64,000 nt of DNA from NCBI GenBank assembly GCA_964016885.1, contig OZ024742.1, positions 333,126,001 to 333,190,000 on the forward strand. The letters run 5' to 3'. Position numbers and translations under genes: made by a program. This stretch comes from Eledone cirrhosa (lineage: Eukaryota). Below, piece after piece: positions 61,354-64,000 of this stretch (the stretch's first letter is position 1; every line of letters begins with the position of its first letter). Below the pieces are notes generated by a model. It saw nothing but the letters and a program-made list of their open reading frames with translations, was not told the DNA's origin and searched no databases.

Positions 61354-61643
61354 ATATTGTCATACTTTGAGAGGGTCAAGCTGCCAAAAAAAAACACACG
61401 CACCTTATGTATTTCACTTCTTCGTCACACATTCTGAGACTTCTTCAGTGACTGGGTTTTTATTTTGTGTTTCTCCTTTGTTCTGTCCTATTTCCTCTTG
61501 TTTTTTAGGTCACAAAATATTTTACGAAACAGATTTGTCATCGAACCAACCAAACAAATGGAAATTTATAATAAATTGAAGTGAAAATCAATAATGTGCG
61601 TGTCTCATTATTGGCAGCATGACCCTCCAAAGTATAACAATAT
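61354..61643. mobile_element. Family C element with ~66-bp diverged inverted ends
   Basis: 61354-61420 is the reverse complement of 61578-61643; the same end occurs as stubs at 13691 and 30295. Confidence 0.75.
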
Positions 61644-61791
61644 ATGTTTCAACACACGCTTCCAGATAAGAAATTTTGCAAAACAAATAAAAAAAAAACG
61701 AACTATATATAAATATATATATATATACCTATACACACACACATATGTATATATAAATATATAAATATATATATATATATTTATTAAAATA

Positions 61792-61867
61792 ACAGATTAA
61801 AGTTTAAGCAAAGAATCGCTGCTTTCACCCTTAACGGGATCTTCTGAAACTAACAAAGTCAATCTGC
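61792..61867 (-). ncRNA. Variant extended type I hammerhead in the PLE terminal repeat (family B)
   Basis: GCAGAUUGA-CUUUGUU-AGUUU-CAGAAGA-U-CCC(GUUAA)GGG-U-GAA-AGCA..UGCU-U/AAACU-UUAAUCUGU; all three stems form; A at position 4. Confidence 0.65.
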
Positions 61868-62168
61868 AAACGCAGAACTGGATATTTCAAAAAACATTGC
61901 AACCGGAGGAAGACAGTAAGACGATACTTTGGTTCGTGGAAACTTTTGCTGGCTATGCAAATAAGTAAAGGTATACACAAAACATATACTTATCTCCCAC
62001 ATCGAGACGTAAAATATCCACGTATAGATCGTACTATCCGTCACGGTACAAACCACCGCCCGCGTTGGGGAATTCGTCCTTGATAGAGAAAAGAAGGAAA
62101 AGGCCGATGAGATCAGTAACCTCCGCAGAATCACTGGCGCCCATACTCACGTCGAATGGGGTACTATT

Positions 62169-63949
62169 AAGGATTCTAATGCCGTGCACGTCCATTCCGA
62201 CAAAACTGGCTATCTATATCAAGTGGAGCGCAGTACCTACCATCAACTACTACATAATGCTCTCATTAATGAAATCAACGATGCTGGGTTTAAAATCACA
62301 TCTGATCTCAACATCCTGGACCGGACCGAACCTCTGGACCCTATTTCTCCCCACTTTACCCTGAAGGATCACAAATCCAATTTTCCGAACAACCCGTCTA
62401 TTCGGCTTATTAACCCTACGAAGTCCGATTTAGGTAGACTTAGTAAGACGATTCTTGATAGAATTATACCTGAAATTAGAAGTTTGGCCCGTCTTGCACT
62501 GTGGAAGAATTCCTTCGCGGTGATTGATTGGTTCAACGGCATATGTAACAAGGAACATTGCCGTTTTATCCAATTCGACATCAACAATTACTACTCCTCC
62601 ATCACTTTACCACTTCTCCTTAGAGCTATCAATTTCGCTAAAACACTCACAGTGGTTAAGGATTTCTAAGTTGATGTCATCCTCAATGCCCGAAAGTCGG
62701 TGATTAATTTCGACGACTCTATTTGGATTAAAAAATCCAATAGTACCCCATTCGACATGAGTATGGGCGCCAGTGATTCTGCAGAGGTTACTGATCGTAT
62801 CGCCTTTTCCTTTTTTCTCTATCAAGGACGAATTCCCCAACGCGGGCGGTGGTTTGTACCGTGACGATGGGCTTTTGACCATGACTAAGTGCGGACCTCG
62901 TGCTTGCGACAGGTTCAGAAAAGAACTCACAGCCTTCTTTAAAGGCTTCAACCTCTCTATACAGGTTGCGGCCAATCTCTCGGTCGTTAATTACCTCGAC
63001 GTTACCCTCAACTTATTGAATGGGTTGTATTACCCGTATAGAAAGCCGAATGATACGCTTAATTACATAAGTAAGCATTCCAACCATCCTGCCAGCATAA
63101 CCAAGAACCTGGTAAGAAACGTTTCGTTGAGGCTTTCGCGTCTTTCCACCAACGAGCGTATTTTCAACGACCATTCCACTCATTACAATGAAGCTCTTGC
63201 TCGAAGTGGATTTGTCGATAAGGTAGCATATAATGAGTACGAAAATAGACCTAGGAGCAATAGATCCCGTCGCATTCGTTGGTATAACCCACCATATAAT
63301 ATGGAGGTGGCCACACCATTAGCTAAGATCTTTCTTTCCCTTATTACGAAGCATTTCCCCCCTACACATAAATATAGTAAAATTTTTAATAGAAATACTA
63401 TTAAAATTTCTTACTCTACGACTCCTAACCTTGCACATAGCATCACAGCTTCAGATTTAGCTAAACTACCTAGCCGTAGGAACACGTGCAACCTTGTAGT
63501 TAGTACTAACTGTAATTGTAGGAATCGGGTTGAATGCCCCCTATCCGGGAAATGCCTCTCTAGTAACATTGTCTACAAATGTAAGGTTGTAACACCCACC
63601 CCCGTAGGGCCTACATAGGGTTAACCGCCAACAGATTCAAGCAGCGTCTTTACATGCATACCCATTCTTTTCGATACCCTCTAAGAATGAATATGACGTC
63701 ACTTTTAGCTTATATCTGGAGTCTAAAAGACAACCACACCCAATTTAAGTTACACTGGGAGATCCTAGCAAGGGCTAGATCGTATAACGGAAGTAAAAGA
63801 CCACGTGACCTCTGCGCCGCTGAGGCCCTGGAAATACTCTACGCACAGACCACATCTTAAACAAAAAATCTGAGGCAATTTCGGCTTGTAAACATAAATT
63901 GCACAAAACCTTCCTGTATTACAGCCCCACGTTATACCCTAACGGATAG
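62169..63949 (+). pseudogene. PLE reverse transcriptase-GIY-YIG endonuclease ORF, disrupted
   Basis: Motifs SDKT, TLKDHK, RLINP, FIQFDINNYYSSI, FDMSMGASDSAE, LYRDDGL, NYLDVTL, YRKP, WYNPPY, CNCRNRVECPLSGKC, NIVY..YIG, FKQR, DLCAAE, LNKKSE..CKH; stop at 62667 and frameshifts near 62802, 63610 and 63852. Confidence 0.93.
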
Positions 63950-64000
63950 TACGATCTATACGTGGATATTTTACGTCTCGATGTGGGAGCTAAGTATATG

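Larger units (their letters stand above)
61780..64000 (+). mobile_element. Penelope-like retroelement (Hydra-clade-like), 5' truncated with inverted terminal segment; runs off window end
   Basis: RT plus GIY-YIG ORF remnant; 61984-62041 is the reverse complement of 63942-63999; starts at (TA)n. Confidence 0.92.

Noticed and set aside
61405-61452. Minus-strand CTGAAGA..GTC/GAC GAA in family C
   Set aside because: No stem III or stem I closure; not called a ribozyme
63500-63560. Possible selenocysteine (TGA) recoding in the PLE Cys-rich linker
   Set aside because: All linker cysteines are TGT or TGC, and the in-frame stop at 62667 is TAA

Overview
AT-rich, microsatellite-saturated animal genomic DNA; the SINE types and (TA)n load suggest an octopus/cephalopod (inference, not searched). 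No intact host gene is recognisable, and nearly all listed ORFs are translations of simple repeats. The window holds: many tRNA-derived SINE copies (two or three families); decayed RTE, CRE and Tx1/L1 LINE fragments; small MITE-like palindromes; and one decayed Penelope-like element (PLE; RT plus C-terminal GIY-YIG, CxCx5C linker, Hydra-clade-like) at 61780-64000 with an inverted, internally deleted 5' copy. The main unexplained structure is a set of at least six sequence-unrelated families of short (TA)n-embedded fold-back elements. Hand-folding shows that several carry type I hammerhead ribozymes or variants: a canonical-core pair in opposite orientation at 60942-61166, one at 57382-57424, and a variant with core CAGAAGA and a bulged extended stem I in the PLE terminal repeat. 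All RNA folds were made by eye and none was computed or tested.
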